A model generated the notes under the pieces. That model saw only the letters and a program-made list of their open reading frames with translations, did no database searches and was not told the origin of the DNA. A program made the translations under genes and the position numbers. Shown piece by piece: positions 12,101-24,645 of a stretch of DNA of 64,000 nucleotides (positions are counted from its first letter, which is position 1; each line of letters begins with the position of its first letter). The DNA is from Isurus oxyrinchus (taxonomy: Eukaryota). The DNA lies in NCBI GenBank assembly GCA_026770705.1, contig JANJGN010000026.1:34968001-35032000 (forward strand). Direction: 5' to 3'.

Positions 12101-12809
12101 GCGATCCAATGGCTCAGTTTTTGATGGTGGCTCCTTTTTCCCAAATCCCCCGTGGCTGGTTATTTGGAGCGGGAGTCTGGTCATTGTCCATTCCAATTGT
12201 TTAAATATCTCACAGCCTCTGATCCAATCAGAACCGGCGCTGCTCTCTGGAGCCTCACTGTCACTCCCTGATTCTGTTTGTTCTGAAATTGTGCTCAAGT
12301 TCAGCTCACTCACGTTCAATGATTTTCTGATACTCAAAATGCTTAAATATAATTAATTTATTAAAATTTATACATGTTCTCTGCAGAAATATTGTTAAAA
12401 ATAATTAATGTGTGCTATTTCAACTGAGCAATGGAACAACTTATTTTCACAGTTTCGGCTTGAAAAACCATGGCCAGTTAGTTCGATGCTGATTCAATTT
12501 GTTTGACCTCTGCAGGGAGAAGACTCCCAGGTCAGGAACAGGACAAGTTAAGATATGGATTAAATTCCCCACTCCTACCCCAGTACACTCCTGTCACCAG
12601 CTGCAAGGGTGGGATTCAACAGAAAGCCAACTCTCCACTGAACTGTCAAACACTCCGGGGCAGGTACAGCACTGGTTTGACATAAAATAAAACTCTCTCT
12701 ACATTGTTCCATCAAATATGCCCAGGAAAGGGTTCAATCCGATTTTGATATCAGTGCTGTGCTGCAGGAGCCGGTCAGAGGCTGGGAATTCTGTGGTGAG
12801 TAATTCAAC

Positions 12810-13345
12810 TCTTATTGCCCAAAGAAATCTGACCATCTACAAGGCTCAAGTCAGGACTGGGATTGAATAGTTTCCGCTTGCCTCAATGTGTGAAACTTCA
12901 AAAAACCCCAAGAAACTCCATACTATCCAGGATAAGGCAGCCCACAGAATTGGTACCCCATCCACTACCTTAAAGATTCACTCCCTCCCCCTCTGACGCA
13001 CAGTGACAGCAGTGTGTATCATATACAAGATGCACTGCAGCAACTCGCCAAGGCTCCTTCAAAACCTGCAATCTCTCCCAACAAGAAGGACAAGGGCAGC
13101 ATGTGCTTGAAACACTGCCACCTGTACGTTCCCCTCCAAGACACTGAACATCCTGACTTGGAACTATATCACTGTTCCTTCACTGTCAAAGGGTCAAAAT
13201 CCTGGAACTCCCGACCTAACAGAACTGTGAGTGAACTTGCAGCTATTCAAGGAGGTGGCATTTCAACACTTCCAAGGATGGGCAGTTAGGATGGGCAACA
13301 AATGCTGGCCTCGCCAGCGACCCCAACATCCTATGATAGGATTAA
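12810..13345 (+). mobile_element. LINE 3' fragment (HER1-like)
   Basis: Decayed RT C-terminus plus the GGGATGGGCAA(T/C)AAATGCTGGCC tail. Confidence 0.7.
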
Positions 13346-16300
13346 AAATAAGATACAGAGTAATTTCTTCCTCCGCATTGTCCAACCAAATAGGTCAAGG
13401 ACTGCTACAGCACAGATTAAAATAGGATAAAACTCTCTCTACGTTGCCTAACTGAACACTCCCAAGACGCATACATCACTGGCTTGAAATGGACCAAACC
13501 TCCTTCGACAGTCTGTCTGTCATTTCTGAATTGTCCTTTCTGACTGTCACAATGGGTTGGGCATCTCATTTCTGTGGCGCCTGTTCAAAAAGTCAAACTT
13601 TCACATTTCTCACAAATACAAGTTTTGCGAAGAAATAAATCGATCTGCACTTCCTGAAATACAGGAGAGTGAACCAGAAGGTTAACAACCAGCCAGGAAG
13701 ATTCTTGGTCCAAGCACAGTGACCACGCACACAGAAACAGAACAGATCACACAAAAATGGTGCAACAATCGAGTTCCCAGCAGATAGATCTGTTCAATCT
13801 GTCCATTTCATTCAAGCTGTTTGATTCTAATTGATCAATGTCAATTTGTTACAATTATTCTATAACTTTGAAATTTAACTGATTTTCATTTCAAAACTGC
13901 CTTTGAAGTCCATCTAATTCTCCTCTGACTCAAATCTCCAAACAATGTACGATTTAAGTTACCCTGAAAATGAGCACAGAAAATACTACAGATTCAGGAT
14001 AATTGGTTGTCCGTAATAAAGACTCAATGACAGGGTAAGAATTAAACAAATCAGGAAACATTCACATTGAAAACCGATTACCCAGTGATTTCACTTGATG
14101 TTAGGTATAAATATAACCAATAAAAACATCGAGGCAAAACGCATTATCGAGTTGAGCACAGCTGAGTAAGAAAAGTATTCTTTTCTGGATTCATTTTGGA
14201 TACAATTAAAAATTCTCTCCACTCTTTGAGATTTTGCATTCACTATAATGTGCAGTACACTATTTAATTGTTGGAGTTCATTTATGTTGAATTAATTATC
14301 ATTAATATTATATTGTAAGTTAATTATCTTGTTATTTTCAATTCATTTTCTTGTTAGCTGATTTCTACTTTATAATAAAAGTAGTTTTCAATGATTGAAA
14401 ATTTGTTTCTCCTTGGTACTTTGTGAAATAATTGAGGTTTATTTAAATCAACCTGACACTGAAACAATGTTAAACAATAAACTTCAAATTACTAGATGGT
14501 AACATTCAGGCAAGTATATCAATTTTACTTAAATCTGATCAATATTTACTATTTTACTTTTACTTCTCCTGCTCTGTTTTAATGGACAAAATTATAAACT
14601 ATGCGTTTCTGAACAGATTGAGAAATCATAAATTCCATCTATTCTCATCAAGCAATTCACACGATGAATTTATGAGTTGAATATTTGAAACAATTTCAAA
14701 TCTGACCGGGGTCACATCGCTTAACTGTCGATGAGGTGTAATATCATCTGTTTGCCGAATTAAACTTGTCTTAACTCCAAGCTACATGTAAACAAGTCTT
14801 CCTGCCAGTTACTTATTATCAATAAAATTGCTTCCTCGATAACTATCTCTATAATTTAATTGTTAATTATATTGTTCACTGAAAGAAGATCCAAATTGAT
14901 CAGTATAAAACTTGATGAGAACAATTCATTCAGATCATCTGCACCAATGAAATATAACCGGCAAATTGATTCCACATTTTGTCCTTCAATTTCATATTTA
15001 ATAAGAATTAAGCATGAATCTCAGATATAGTTTGTTCTTTGCCGATAATTCTATTCTGTGCACAGCACAGCAATGGAGACCGGATGTTGTTATTAGGTTC
15101 TAAACGAATACTAATGTTTGCAATTAAATTAACCTGTTCGCAGTTCAAGCCTTTCCTTGTCAATCTCTATTCAAATGCAGTCTGCACCTTCCTACAGTTC
15201 AGAAAAAAGTAAGAACAATTCCTTTTCTGCCAGCGAATTACACCCCCCAGTAAACTGTTTAAAATTAGATTAGTGACAATTATCTCGCTATCCAAATCTC
15301 AATGACATTGAAGGAATAATATGGTTACGACTGCACAGGAAGAATGTAACAACCGGATAGACATATTGCCAAACTGCAAGGTCAAACTCCTCGTTAAGTC
15401 AATGCAATTGTTATCAGTGATATAAAAAAGTAATTCAAAATCTCTTTTGAAGCTGAACAATTCTGTAGAGTCAGTATATTCCTACTGAAATTTTTTCATG
15501 CATAATCACAAAATGTTTCCAGCCTAAAAACTTTCCCGATCATGTTAATTGTGCGCAGAGCACAGCAGAATTGTGAAAGGCGATTAATGATCAATTATGT
15601 TAATATGAAAGATGTTCCGTCAATATGGAGAAATATTATCACATTATAATCGTTTGAATTGTATTAATTTTACTCTACAATTTGAAAACTTGGTAATTTT
15701 ATAGTTTCTGATTGCAGTAACGAATTATGTTCTGAATGAGCGTCATAATCCATGGTTTAGTTTAATCTGCAATTATCACTTAAAATAAAGACAAAATGTT
15801 CTAACACACCTGTAAGTGCTTTTTTTCCCCATTTCTGAAACCTGTCTGTTTTCTGCCTACAATCGCGCTTCAAGCAGATACAAACGCGGAGGCTGCTTCG
15901 ATTCAATCGCAAAACGTGTAACCGCGCAATGTCATCGAGTTTAAACAAAGCAGAAACAATGCAGAACCGCCAAACAGTTTCATAAATTCTACTAATTCAA
16001 AGTCACCCAGACACACAATCTCCTCAGCAGAAAAAACACCAAAATCACATCACCGAGGGGCTGAAACCTGTTTCACGGAGAAGCAGCTCAATTCTGCAAA
16101 CACTTTCAACAGAATCCAATGTCATATTGCAAGAAAATCTCAATATCGAATCCAGACAACCGCTCGTCACCAAATGAATGAATAATTAAACTAAACAGAA
16201 ATATAGAATAATGTCAACAGCATTGTGAGTAGGCGTAACATGTTCAATAAATTAATATTAAAACTTAAGCAGATTTTGGTAAAATTGGGTTTGATTTCAA

Positions 16301-16671
16301 ACATATTTAAACCCTTGTGCAACAGATGGTAAAACCCGCAGCGATTAGATGTCACCGAGATTAAACATTGCAGAAACGTCAAACTGTTTTTACAAACGTT
16401 AGATATTTCAAGTAGTCCGGCCAGACAGTATCCTCAGCAGATAAAAACAAAATCACAACAACCAGGGTCTCAATCCCTCAGCAACACTTCTTATCAAGAC
16501 ACAGCGGAATTATATAACTCAATTTCAGCAGGATCACATGAAACATTATAAAAACATTCTGCATACAGAATCCACCAAACCCAGGTTTCATTGGCTGAAT
16601 GAATTATTAAAATAGACAAAAAAAGCAAAGACTCAAATAAAACAGTTACGAAATAAATGTGTGGTTCTTAC

Positions 16672-16719
16672 CGGCAGTCACTGTCATCATGGTCCCTTTC
16701 CCCCAGTAGCCCATCCCGT
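16672..16719 (-). CDS. IGHJ: IgH joining segment JH
   Basis: (D)GMGYWGKGTMMTVTA with WGxG motif and gtaag donor. G|CG joins Cmu1 in frame. Confidence 0.95.
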
Positions 16720-16758
16720 CACAGTGTTACATTCCCTGGGCTGTGCCATACAATAAAT
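16720..16758 (-). promoter_or_regulatory. JH 23-RSS
   Basis: CACAGTG-23 nt-ACAATAAAT; nonamer is degenerate. Confidence 0.85.
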
Positions 16759-17081
16759 GTCCCTGCACCAAAAAGACAGAAACCCATTATTTTAAATATT
16801 AAGTCAGAGACAAAGTAAGATCACGATGAATCTTCACGAATTCATATTTGCGTTTGTGAATATCTTCCGCTATTCATCAATGATCCTCATGTTTTATAAT
16901 TCACAGAATAACACATGAACATGTTATTGAATTCACCAATTGATGTATGGATGATTATCAAAGCTTTTCCATCTTAAACCATGTTTTTTGGGCAGTGCTG
17001 GGCAGAAATAATACTTCATTGTAAATATAGCAGGATTGTAAAAGCGAGCACTGACCCAGGCAGACTCAATTAGTGCTGAGG

Positions 17082-17150
17082 GGTTTTTGTATTGTTAGTA
17101 ACTGCTGTGCCACCCAGTATTTCACAGTGAGACACACCATGTCAAATACT
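17082..17150 (-). other. IGHD: IgH D2 segment (coding 17110-17122, AAATACTGGGTGG) with 12/12 RSS
   Basis: GGTTTTTGT-12-TGCTGTG [D] CACAGTG-12-TCAAATACT. Confidence 0.93.
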
Positions 17151-17456
17151 GCGGCACACTGGTAACTGTAAATACAGAGATTTAATCTCACTGCGCTCTC
17201 AAAAACTTGATCCCAACACACCTAAGAGTGAATCAGTGAGATATTTCAGCTTGTGCTGGTCATTATATTTGTAAATGTGATTGGAGTTCTTTAAAAGCCT
17301 CTCTGAAGATTTAGCGTGTCAGTAAACACAAAGCGGAAGACATTTATATATTTTTACAAACCAATATTACTTATACCCATTATTTTATTTAGCTCCCATT
17401 TTCTTTGACTTTTCCTGTTGTAATCGTGATCACCAATTTGAACAAACTCCTTCTGA

Positions 17457-17539
17457 GGTTTTTGTATGAGGATGTCGCTGTGCACAGCACTGTGACCAAC
17501 TGCTGTAGTATCACAGTGAAATACACCCGCACAAAAACT
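17457..17539 (-). other. IGHD: IgH D1 segment (coding 17495-17511, ATACTACAGCAGTTGGT) with 12/22 RSS
   Basis: GGTTTTTGT-22-CACTGTG [D] CACAGTG-12-ACAAAAACT; the 12/22 layout is typical of shark D1. Confidence 0.94.
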
Positions 17540-17902
17540 GCACCCACTCTCTGTTCAGTGCTGCCTCTCAATATTTACTTCAAATGGACGTTTACTTCTG
17601 ATCTAGTTTAGTATTTATGCAGCAATTTACAAAACTCAATGATCAGTGATCCCCTCCAAGTATCAGACATATTAAAATGAACATTATATCCAGTTCTGTA
17701 ATTGTTGAAACTGTTAACAGTAAATGTAAGCACAGCCAAAAGCTCAGCCCATTATATTAATTGGTTTGTTAAGTTTTACTGTTAAATTTGCTGTTTTACT
17801 TTTGTCAGAAGCAACTTGTTGTCGGGTTCTGATCATTACAGTTAATATTACATTTAAAAACAAGTACTGACCGTCAGGTTACGATGGAAGTTTCTCTCGA
17901 TC

Positions 17903-17941
17903 TGTTCTTGTTCTGGTCCAGCCCTGGTCCATCTCGCTGTG
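17903..17941 (-). promoter_or_regulatory. VH 23-RSS
   Basis: CACAGCG-23 nt-ACAAGAACA directly after YYCAKD. Confidence 0.9.
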
Positions 17942-18246
17942 GTCTTTTGCACAGTAATAGATGGCGGTGTCTTCAGTCTTCAGGCTCGTCATGTCCAAGG
18001 AGAAGATGTTCCTTGAAGTGTCTTTGGACGCAGTGAATCGATTCTTAATTGCTGGGGCATAGCTGTTGTCCGATGAACTATAGTAGGTAAGCAGCCACTC
18101 CAGCCCCTGTCCGGGAACCTGTCGGACCCAGTACATGTAGTAGCTGCCAAGATCGAAGCCGCTGGTTTGACAGGTCAGTCTCAGGGAGCCTCCGGGACGC
18201 CCGGTCTCTGCCTCTGGCTGAGTCAACACAACCTCCGACTGGACAC
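17942..18246 (-). CDS. IGHV: IgM VH exon
   Basis: [51 protein letters not shown]...[11 protein letters not shown]. Open frame; both Cys and the Trp intact. Confidence 0.97.
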
Positions 18247-18374
18247 CTGTAAAAATATATCAAAAACCCCGAGGATTAAACCTGGTGAAATGATTTCTGA
18301 CGCTGTAACATTCCAGTGAGAGACTAACACTGAGACAGTAACAGTGAGAGACTTGGACAATCAAAACTACTCAC

Positions 18375-18420
18375 GGGATAAGAAAGTCAGCAATAAACTG
18401 AGAGAAATCGCCGACCTCAT
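18375..18420 (-). CDS. IGHV: VH leader exon
   Basis: 46 nt, MRSAISLSLLLTFLS(R), gtgagt donor; in frame with the V exon. Confidence 0.93.
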
Positions 18421-18504
18421 CCTTCGGGTCATTTGGGGAAAATGGTTCTGTCCAGAACTCAGTGAACAAACCAGCTCCCGGACTGTTGGATTCCGGTCCC
18501 AGTG

Positions 18505-18545
18505 AGTGGCATTTAAATACCCGGCAGAAGGGGGCGGTTCCCAGG
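18505..18545 (-). promoter_or_regulatory. VH promoter (TATA-like box, GC-rich element)
   Basis: GTATTTAAAT about 90 nt upstream of ATG; no ATGCAAAT octamer seen nearby. Confidence 0.55.
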
Positions 18546-19189
18546 CGCCGCCTGTTGATTCCCTGGTGGAGGCGGCAACTGGATCCACGCCCCACCTTCC
18601 ACATCCCCAACAGAATGGACTCAGATATTTACAATAGGTTATTGTTAAAAGTGGAAATTTTATCTGTATTGGGATACTTGGCTGAATGGTTTCATTGTAA
18701 TGGATCCATTGGTTCTAATGGTGAAATTGCAGTTGAGTATCTATTAATAAAAATCTAATTCCATTGTAAATTAAGTCCGTTTATTTCTACACTACTTCCC
18801 AAGGGGTTGAACCTAAACAAAATATTACATTAGCAGGGAATAAAGGGTCTATATCTCACTACAATAATTAAGCGTCATCAGTCTTAGGAATTATTATTGA
18901 TTTATGTAACTAAATGCAGTGGATGACCAAAGTGATTCTATTTACAGCCAGGGTGGCTATCGCTGTACAATTTGGATCCGAAGACAAGAAGAGTCTCCTC
19001 ACATTATACAATGCCTCTCCTTGCATTTCTCGATCTGCCCCTGACCCAAAGACAGCCCTATGAAAATTAGCAATAAAAGAAGCCCGCCTGCCTGATAATT
19101 CAACAGTAAGTTTACAGGCAAACGTAAAATTTACATCAACTTTTGACAATGAAGTTAATGATTCAGAGCAGACACGGAGATGAGAAAAG

Positions 19190-19432
19190 TTATCCTTCAG
19201 CATCCAAATCATTGCAGCTAATTTTATTGGCCTCCCGCTGTCTACCATTCACTGGTATTGGGAACACAGGATATCAGGACTTTGCGGCATATTAAACAAT
19301 ATCACAAGAATAAATGTTTTATCTTCCACTGAAGCGGGTCATGAACAGGTCATTTCTCCACTCATTGGCAGCTATGAGAGGGACTGTTAAATAATCGAAA
19401 TCAGCACAAATTAAACTGTACAGTTCACGGTG
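19190..19432 (+). pseudogene. Possible highly decayed V-segment relic
   Basis: With frameshifts: SIQI-C (TGC 19213), TIHWY (TGG 19253), GHFS, SA..NCTV (TGT 19417), then heptamer-like CACGGTG 19426-19432. No nonamer. Confidence 0.3.
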
Positions 19433-20309
19433 CTAATGAGGTATAAGAGATCCCTCAGGTTAAATGAAGTGCACACCTGGGAGAATATTCAAGGAATTCC
19501 TGCAGGTTCATTACAATTCTATGATTTTCTTTCAATTTAATTTCTTATAATTTTTTCCCATTCTACTCAGCTCATTAGACTGGGGGATTGGGACCATCAA
19601 CATCGCTCTCGCACATTCCATGAAGTTCTTAATAAACCGGCTTTAATAACTGGAATACCTTTTTTTTTAGAAATAATATAAATTAAGTAATATGTGGTGA
19701 ATTCAATATTTTCTGATCGAGTTTAATCTCACAGTGAACACAACATTCATTCAAATATTTCCTTAGATGAAATACTATTTAAAAATGTGCCTTTCGTGTG
19801 AGAGAGAAACATTTATTGTTTGAATGGCTAAATCCCATTTTGTTCATTCATACCCAGGCTAATCTGCCCCACGCAGTATTTGGCAGCAAGCCAGCCGCCT
19901 GCAGTCAGGGAGGCTCGAATGTCCGATGTTGTTTACAGGAAGCATCAGGGAGTTTGTGCAGTTAATGAAAGATCTGTTTCCTCAGTACTGACCGCGTGGC
20001 TGCAAGCCAACTTCAAACCGTTAATATTGTCAACATGGCCTATTCATAACAAATCTACCCAGCAACAACACTGGAGTCAGCTTTATTTATTAAATTTTGA
20101 ATTTATGTGAACTGTTCCCATCTCTCAGGAAAAAAAAAAGTTATCTAGCTTCTCTGACACCCTGTTAGCATTAATAGCTCATTGGAGGATCTCTCCAAAA
20201 CATCATAATATTGTGGTGGATGGATGGATGGAAAGAATTACAGGCAGAGTATTAGAGAGGACTCAGAGAGAGGATACACTTTGTCACAGTCAAACATATA
20301 CATTTGTGT

Positions 20310-20690
20310 GATTTTTTTGCCCCTTTGCTCTTTCACGGGATGTGGGAGTCATTGGCAAGGCCAGCATTTGTTGCCTGTCCCTAATTGCCTTTGAACTGGG
20401 TGCCTTGCTCGGCCATTTCAGAGGGCATTTAGAGTCCATCATGTTGCTGCAGATCTGGAGCATACGTAGGCCAGACTAGGTACAGTGGCAGATTTCCTTT
20501 CCTGAAGGACATTAGTGAATCAGATGAGTTTTTTTTCCACAATCGATGGTAGTTTCCCAGTTTCCTTCAATGGACCAGCTTTCAATCCCAGATTTATTAT
20601 TGAATTTAAATTCCACGAGCTGCCATGGTGGGATTTGAATTCGTGTCTTTGTTACTTATCCAGTGACATTAATACAACACAACCGTCTGC
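20310..20690 (-). mobile_element. HE1-like SINE
   Basis: Reverse complement of the shared 3' tail plus tRNA-like head remnant. Confidence 0.65.
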
Positions 20691-20799
20691 CAAAGAATGG
20701 AGGGATGATTGCAGTGATGCAGGAATGAATGGTAATTGGATGTCTGGATATTTTGATTAAGGAATCAATGAATGGGTTGACCAATCTATCGATTGGCAA

Positions 20800-21452
20800 G
20801 CCTGAAAAACGCTGTTCTACCTTCCCATCTTGGTGCATGACTACTTTATATCTTGAAGCAGGTTCAGTATTTCATTTGTGTCAGTCTAATACATTCAGTC
20901 CCTCCAGACTGTCTGGATGTATTCCATTCCCAGGCTAACGAGCTAATGTCACAAGAGAAGGCTGGAGATGTCCCTGCGGCACTGATAATTCTTCCCTGCT
21001 GAGGGTGAATCATCATCTTTCAGACATAAAGCGGGTACATAATTCGGTTTAGGATGGAGGATTGTAATATTTGAAATATGTGGTCCTTGCATGTACAACA
21101 AAACATTCAACACATCCTCACCCAAATTAGTGAAGGTAACAGACATTACTCACTGGAGAGCCGCATTAACTTACAGTCAGGTCCAGGTAGTTTTATTTAT
21201 ACCATCACTTTACAAACCCTCACACACTCCAGTTACATATCAGGAGTTTCTGTGTGATGATGAGGTGATTACTAGTCAATAAAGTGCAGAGGCTGCTGGG
21301 TAGCTGCTCATTACCCTCTGTCTGATTTAATTTCATTTCCCACTGAATTCTGGGACAGATATGATCCCTTACTGACAGAATGGTCAATGTGACCTCAGTC
21401 AACGTTAATGATATTAAATGAATCGCAATTACATTTTGTATGGAATAAAATG
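20800..21452 (-). pseudogene. Two decayed Ig C1-like exons (about 21175-21452 and 20800-21085)
   Basis: ag/gt-bounded ~280-nt units with C1-like strands (EVTLTIL..IQW..LTSNHLIIT..VCKVM; ITILHP..ALCL..DSP..RYKVVMHQ). Homologous to 50.7-51.1 kb. Confidence 0.4.
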
Positions 21453-21470
21453 CTGAAAGTGATTGGTTCA

Positions 21471-21770
21471 TGCAATTATTAATCTTTGTGAATGGATGAT
21501 AATTTCTGAATATAATTATTTGTCCTGTGAATAGATTGTAATTGGTGAACATAATTATTTACCTTTGTGGGTTGATGATAATTGGTGAATATAATTATTT
21601 ATCTTTGTGAATTGATGATAGTTAGTGAATGTCATTATTTATCTTTGTGAATTGTTGCCAACTGATGAAAATACTTATTTATCTTTGCGAATTGATGATA
21701 ATTCTTGAATATAATTATTTACCTTCGTGAATTGATAATGGTTGGTGTTGATAATTATTTATCTTTCTCA
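21471..21770. repeat. 40-bp tandem repeat, about 7.5 copies
   Basis: ATAATTATTTATCTTTGTGAATTGATGATAATTGGTGAAT; unit starts at 21551, 21591, 21631, 21671, 21711, 21751. Confidence 0.9.
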
Positions 21771-21774
21771 GCCT

Positions 21775-23305
21775 CTACGACCTTCTTCTCTGCTGAAAGA
21801 TAAGATCCGTTGCACAGAAGGTGGATGATGCAAAAATCACGACACTATCTGAAAACAAAGCTGACAGGTGAGACTGCAACAACTACAGGGACATCTCACT
21901 CACAGAGTCACGGAGAAGGCCATTCCTCGGGTCATGCTTTAAAGACTTCATCTGGTTTCAGGCTGAAGCACAGTGTGATGTTTGTGTCAGAAGATATACT
22001 CTGGACATGATTCACTCCATACGCTCGACACCGTCAGCAGAGCACCACTCTAGAAGATTTTTGGGAAAATTGGCTGTTCACCAAAGCTCCCCAGTCTCAT
22101 CCACTCCTTCCGTGACAACATGCACTGCACTGTACAGATTGATGATTCCACTTCCGACAGATTCGGAGTGAAGAATGGAGTGAAACAGGCCTTTGTCCAA
22201 CCCCCACTTTTTTGGGCACCTTTTTCATGCAGCTGATCTTTGTCTTCCCTGTCGATATTGAAGGAGTCGACTTACACACTTGATCAGACCGCAAGCTCCA
22301 CAATCTATAAGACAGAAAGCGAAGATATAAACACATTGAATCCTGATCAGAGAATTCCTCCACGCTGTTAACTCTGTCATCAAAATGGAAACTTATCCAC
22401 AAAGACTGATGAACTGACTGTCCCATGCCTGTAACTTGTTCTCCCTGACTTTAAACATGGAGAAAACCGTGGACATGGGAAAAGGTGTTGCATTTCTGTC
22501 ATTGATCACACTAAATAACAACCGGATGGAAGTAAATTCCACTCGCTGGGTTCCAAGGTGACAGGCAGCCTGTTCCTTGATGGAGAACTTATTACCCACA
22601 TGGGGAAAGCAGCTGCCACCTTTGCCTGACTCATGAAACGCCCATGGAATAATATCAAACTGACCCTTAGGGCCAAGCTGATGGTTTATAAGGCCTGTGT
22701 TCTCAGCACCTTGTTGAATGGCTGTGAAACATGGGTGACTTACAGTTGTCAAGTAAAGAAGCTCCACAATTTCCATCTTCAATACCTGCTGCACATTATG
22801 GGTATGTACTGGCAGGATAAAGTCACGAATGCAGTGATACTCTCAAAGGCAGAGCTCCCAAGGCTAAAGAACTCATCAAACAGAAGCGGTTTTTGTGGCT
22901 TGGGAACGTTCACAGGATGGAAGACGGTCACATACACAAGGACTTTCTGTTTGGTGAGGGAGCTGGAGGCAGGCAACCAGTGGGACGCCCAAAACTCCAC
23001 TTCAAGGCTGCTTGAAGTGAAGGCCCTAAACATTGATTATCGTAACTGAGTGTAACTAACTGACAACTGAGGAAAATGGCGACACCTCCTGTGGGTTGGC
23101 GTGAATCACCACTATGACCAGCGGCTAAAGCGGCTTGGAAATCGAGGTCAACACCGGGAAAAACAACAAGCCACAACGACACTTTGTAGCTTCATGTGCA
23201 GCACTTGTGGCAGAGCCTGCTCACAACAATTGGCCTCCTTAGCAATCAGCACATCTGAAATGGGTTTGTTTCCATTGTGTGTCTGTGACCTTTCATAGAT
23301 GGAAG
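21775..23305 (+). mobile_element. RTE-clade LINE, decayed
   Basis: KLMVYKACVLSTLLNGCETW...LHNFHLQYLLHIMGMYWQDKVTNAVIL is the RTE RT C-terminal signature. Confidence 0.85.
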
Positions 23306-24159
23306 GCTGTCCAGGATCATTGTGAAATTCAGTTGCAAACAATGTGATGTGCTTCTCGCTCTTTCTCTCCCTCCCAATCTCCCTCACACACACAGACCAA
23401 CTTAAGATGCCACCTTGACTTCCTGAGAGGCTCCATAGGCCTTAACTATTGAAGAAAATGACCCTAACTGTCTATCAGGTGGTATCATGAACGAATAAAC
23501 TCTCCCTAACACTATGTTTGTTGAGGTGGATATTAAAGCTCCCGCAGTCTCTATACAGCTCCTTGGTCAACATCCCTCCCTTTAATCAAGATGAACAAAG
23601 TTACATCACCAGGAATTGGGCCGCTTTACTCTGGTGCTGACTTTAACGTGCGCTAATCAACCACGTTCATCTGCAATTAATTGAATTTTGTTAAATTTTG
23701 ACACCTCCTGCAGAAGGCGATGTGATACTACATCTGGGGAAGCGGATTCTTGATACAATAATGTCAAAGATCTAACCTGACAGCGACATTTTCACAGTAG
23801 CTGCAATTGCAAAGTCTGGCCAGCAGATGGATGTGAAATCTTGACTGATACATTCCATGAAACAAGCATTGTCTCAGTTCGTACTGCACTGGACCCTGTC
23901 TCTGTCTTTTAAAATTGGACTCCAACTATTTTTATGTTAGACCAAACACTGTCTCTCTTTATATTTCAATGTACCCTGTTTCAATTAATACTGCATCAGT
24001 CAATACCAATATTTATATCACACAGTCTGGAAGTTCCCAATTCAAACCGATCGGATTTACCTCTGCAGTCCTGTCACATCCAGTTGTAAATGGTGGTGGA
24101 CAAGTAAACAAATAACTGGAGAATGGGGCTCCACAAAGCTGTGGGTCTGGAGTTAGATG

Positions 24160-24645
24160 TATGGGAGGTGGTGATGTGCTGGCATTCTCACTGGGCTAGT
24201 AAATTGCTGGGGGTCTGCGTTTGAATCCCACCACGGCAGATGGTGAAATTTGAATCGAAAAATCTAATGATGATCATGAAACCATTGTCATAAAAACTCA
24301 TCCTAACAAGCCACACTGTTCTCAAGGTGGTAATTAAGGATGGGCAATAAATGCTGGCCTAGTCAGCGCCGCCCCCATTCTCATGAACGAACAAAAAAAA
24401 ATGTAGTCCAGACTGGGTAAGGACGGCAGATTTCCTTCCCTAAAGGGCATCAGTGAACCAGGTGGATGTTTAATATAATTGATTATGGTTTCATGGTCAC
24501 CATTGTTGAGACGAGCTTTCAATTCCAGATTTATTAATTGAATTTGGATTGCACTTGCTGCCATAACGGGATTCAAACCCCTATTCCCAGGGAAAAAACC
24601 TGGATCTCTGGGTTACTGATCCAGTGAAGTTCCCACTGCACGATC
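24160..24645. mobile_element. Two SINE copies, tail-to-tail
   Basis: tRNA-like heads (TTGAATCCCACCACGGCAG; reverse GGGATTCAAACCC) and the shared tail. Confidence 0.6.

Noticed and set aside
13715-13739. CACAGTG...ACAGAAACA as an extra J RSS
   Set aside because: Spacer is only 9 nt and no WGxG/FGxG segment or donor is adjacent.
440-18420. Germline-joined cluster or IgM1gj/IgW/IgNAR identity
   Set aside because: V, D1, D2 and J are separate with RSS, and four Cmu exons including Cmu2 and a mu tailpiece are present.
19730-19759. D2-like RSS (CACAGTG-14-TCAAATATT) upstream of VH
   Set aside because: Spacer is 14 and there is no partner RSS on the other side.
21471-21770. CRISPR-like array (also the 27-bp arrays)
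   Set aside because: Head-to-tail degenerate tandem repeats without unique spacers, no cas genes, vertebrate DNA.
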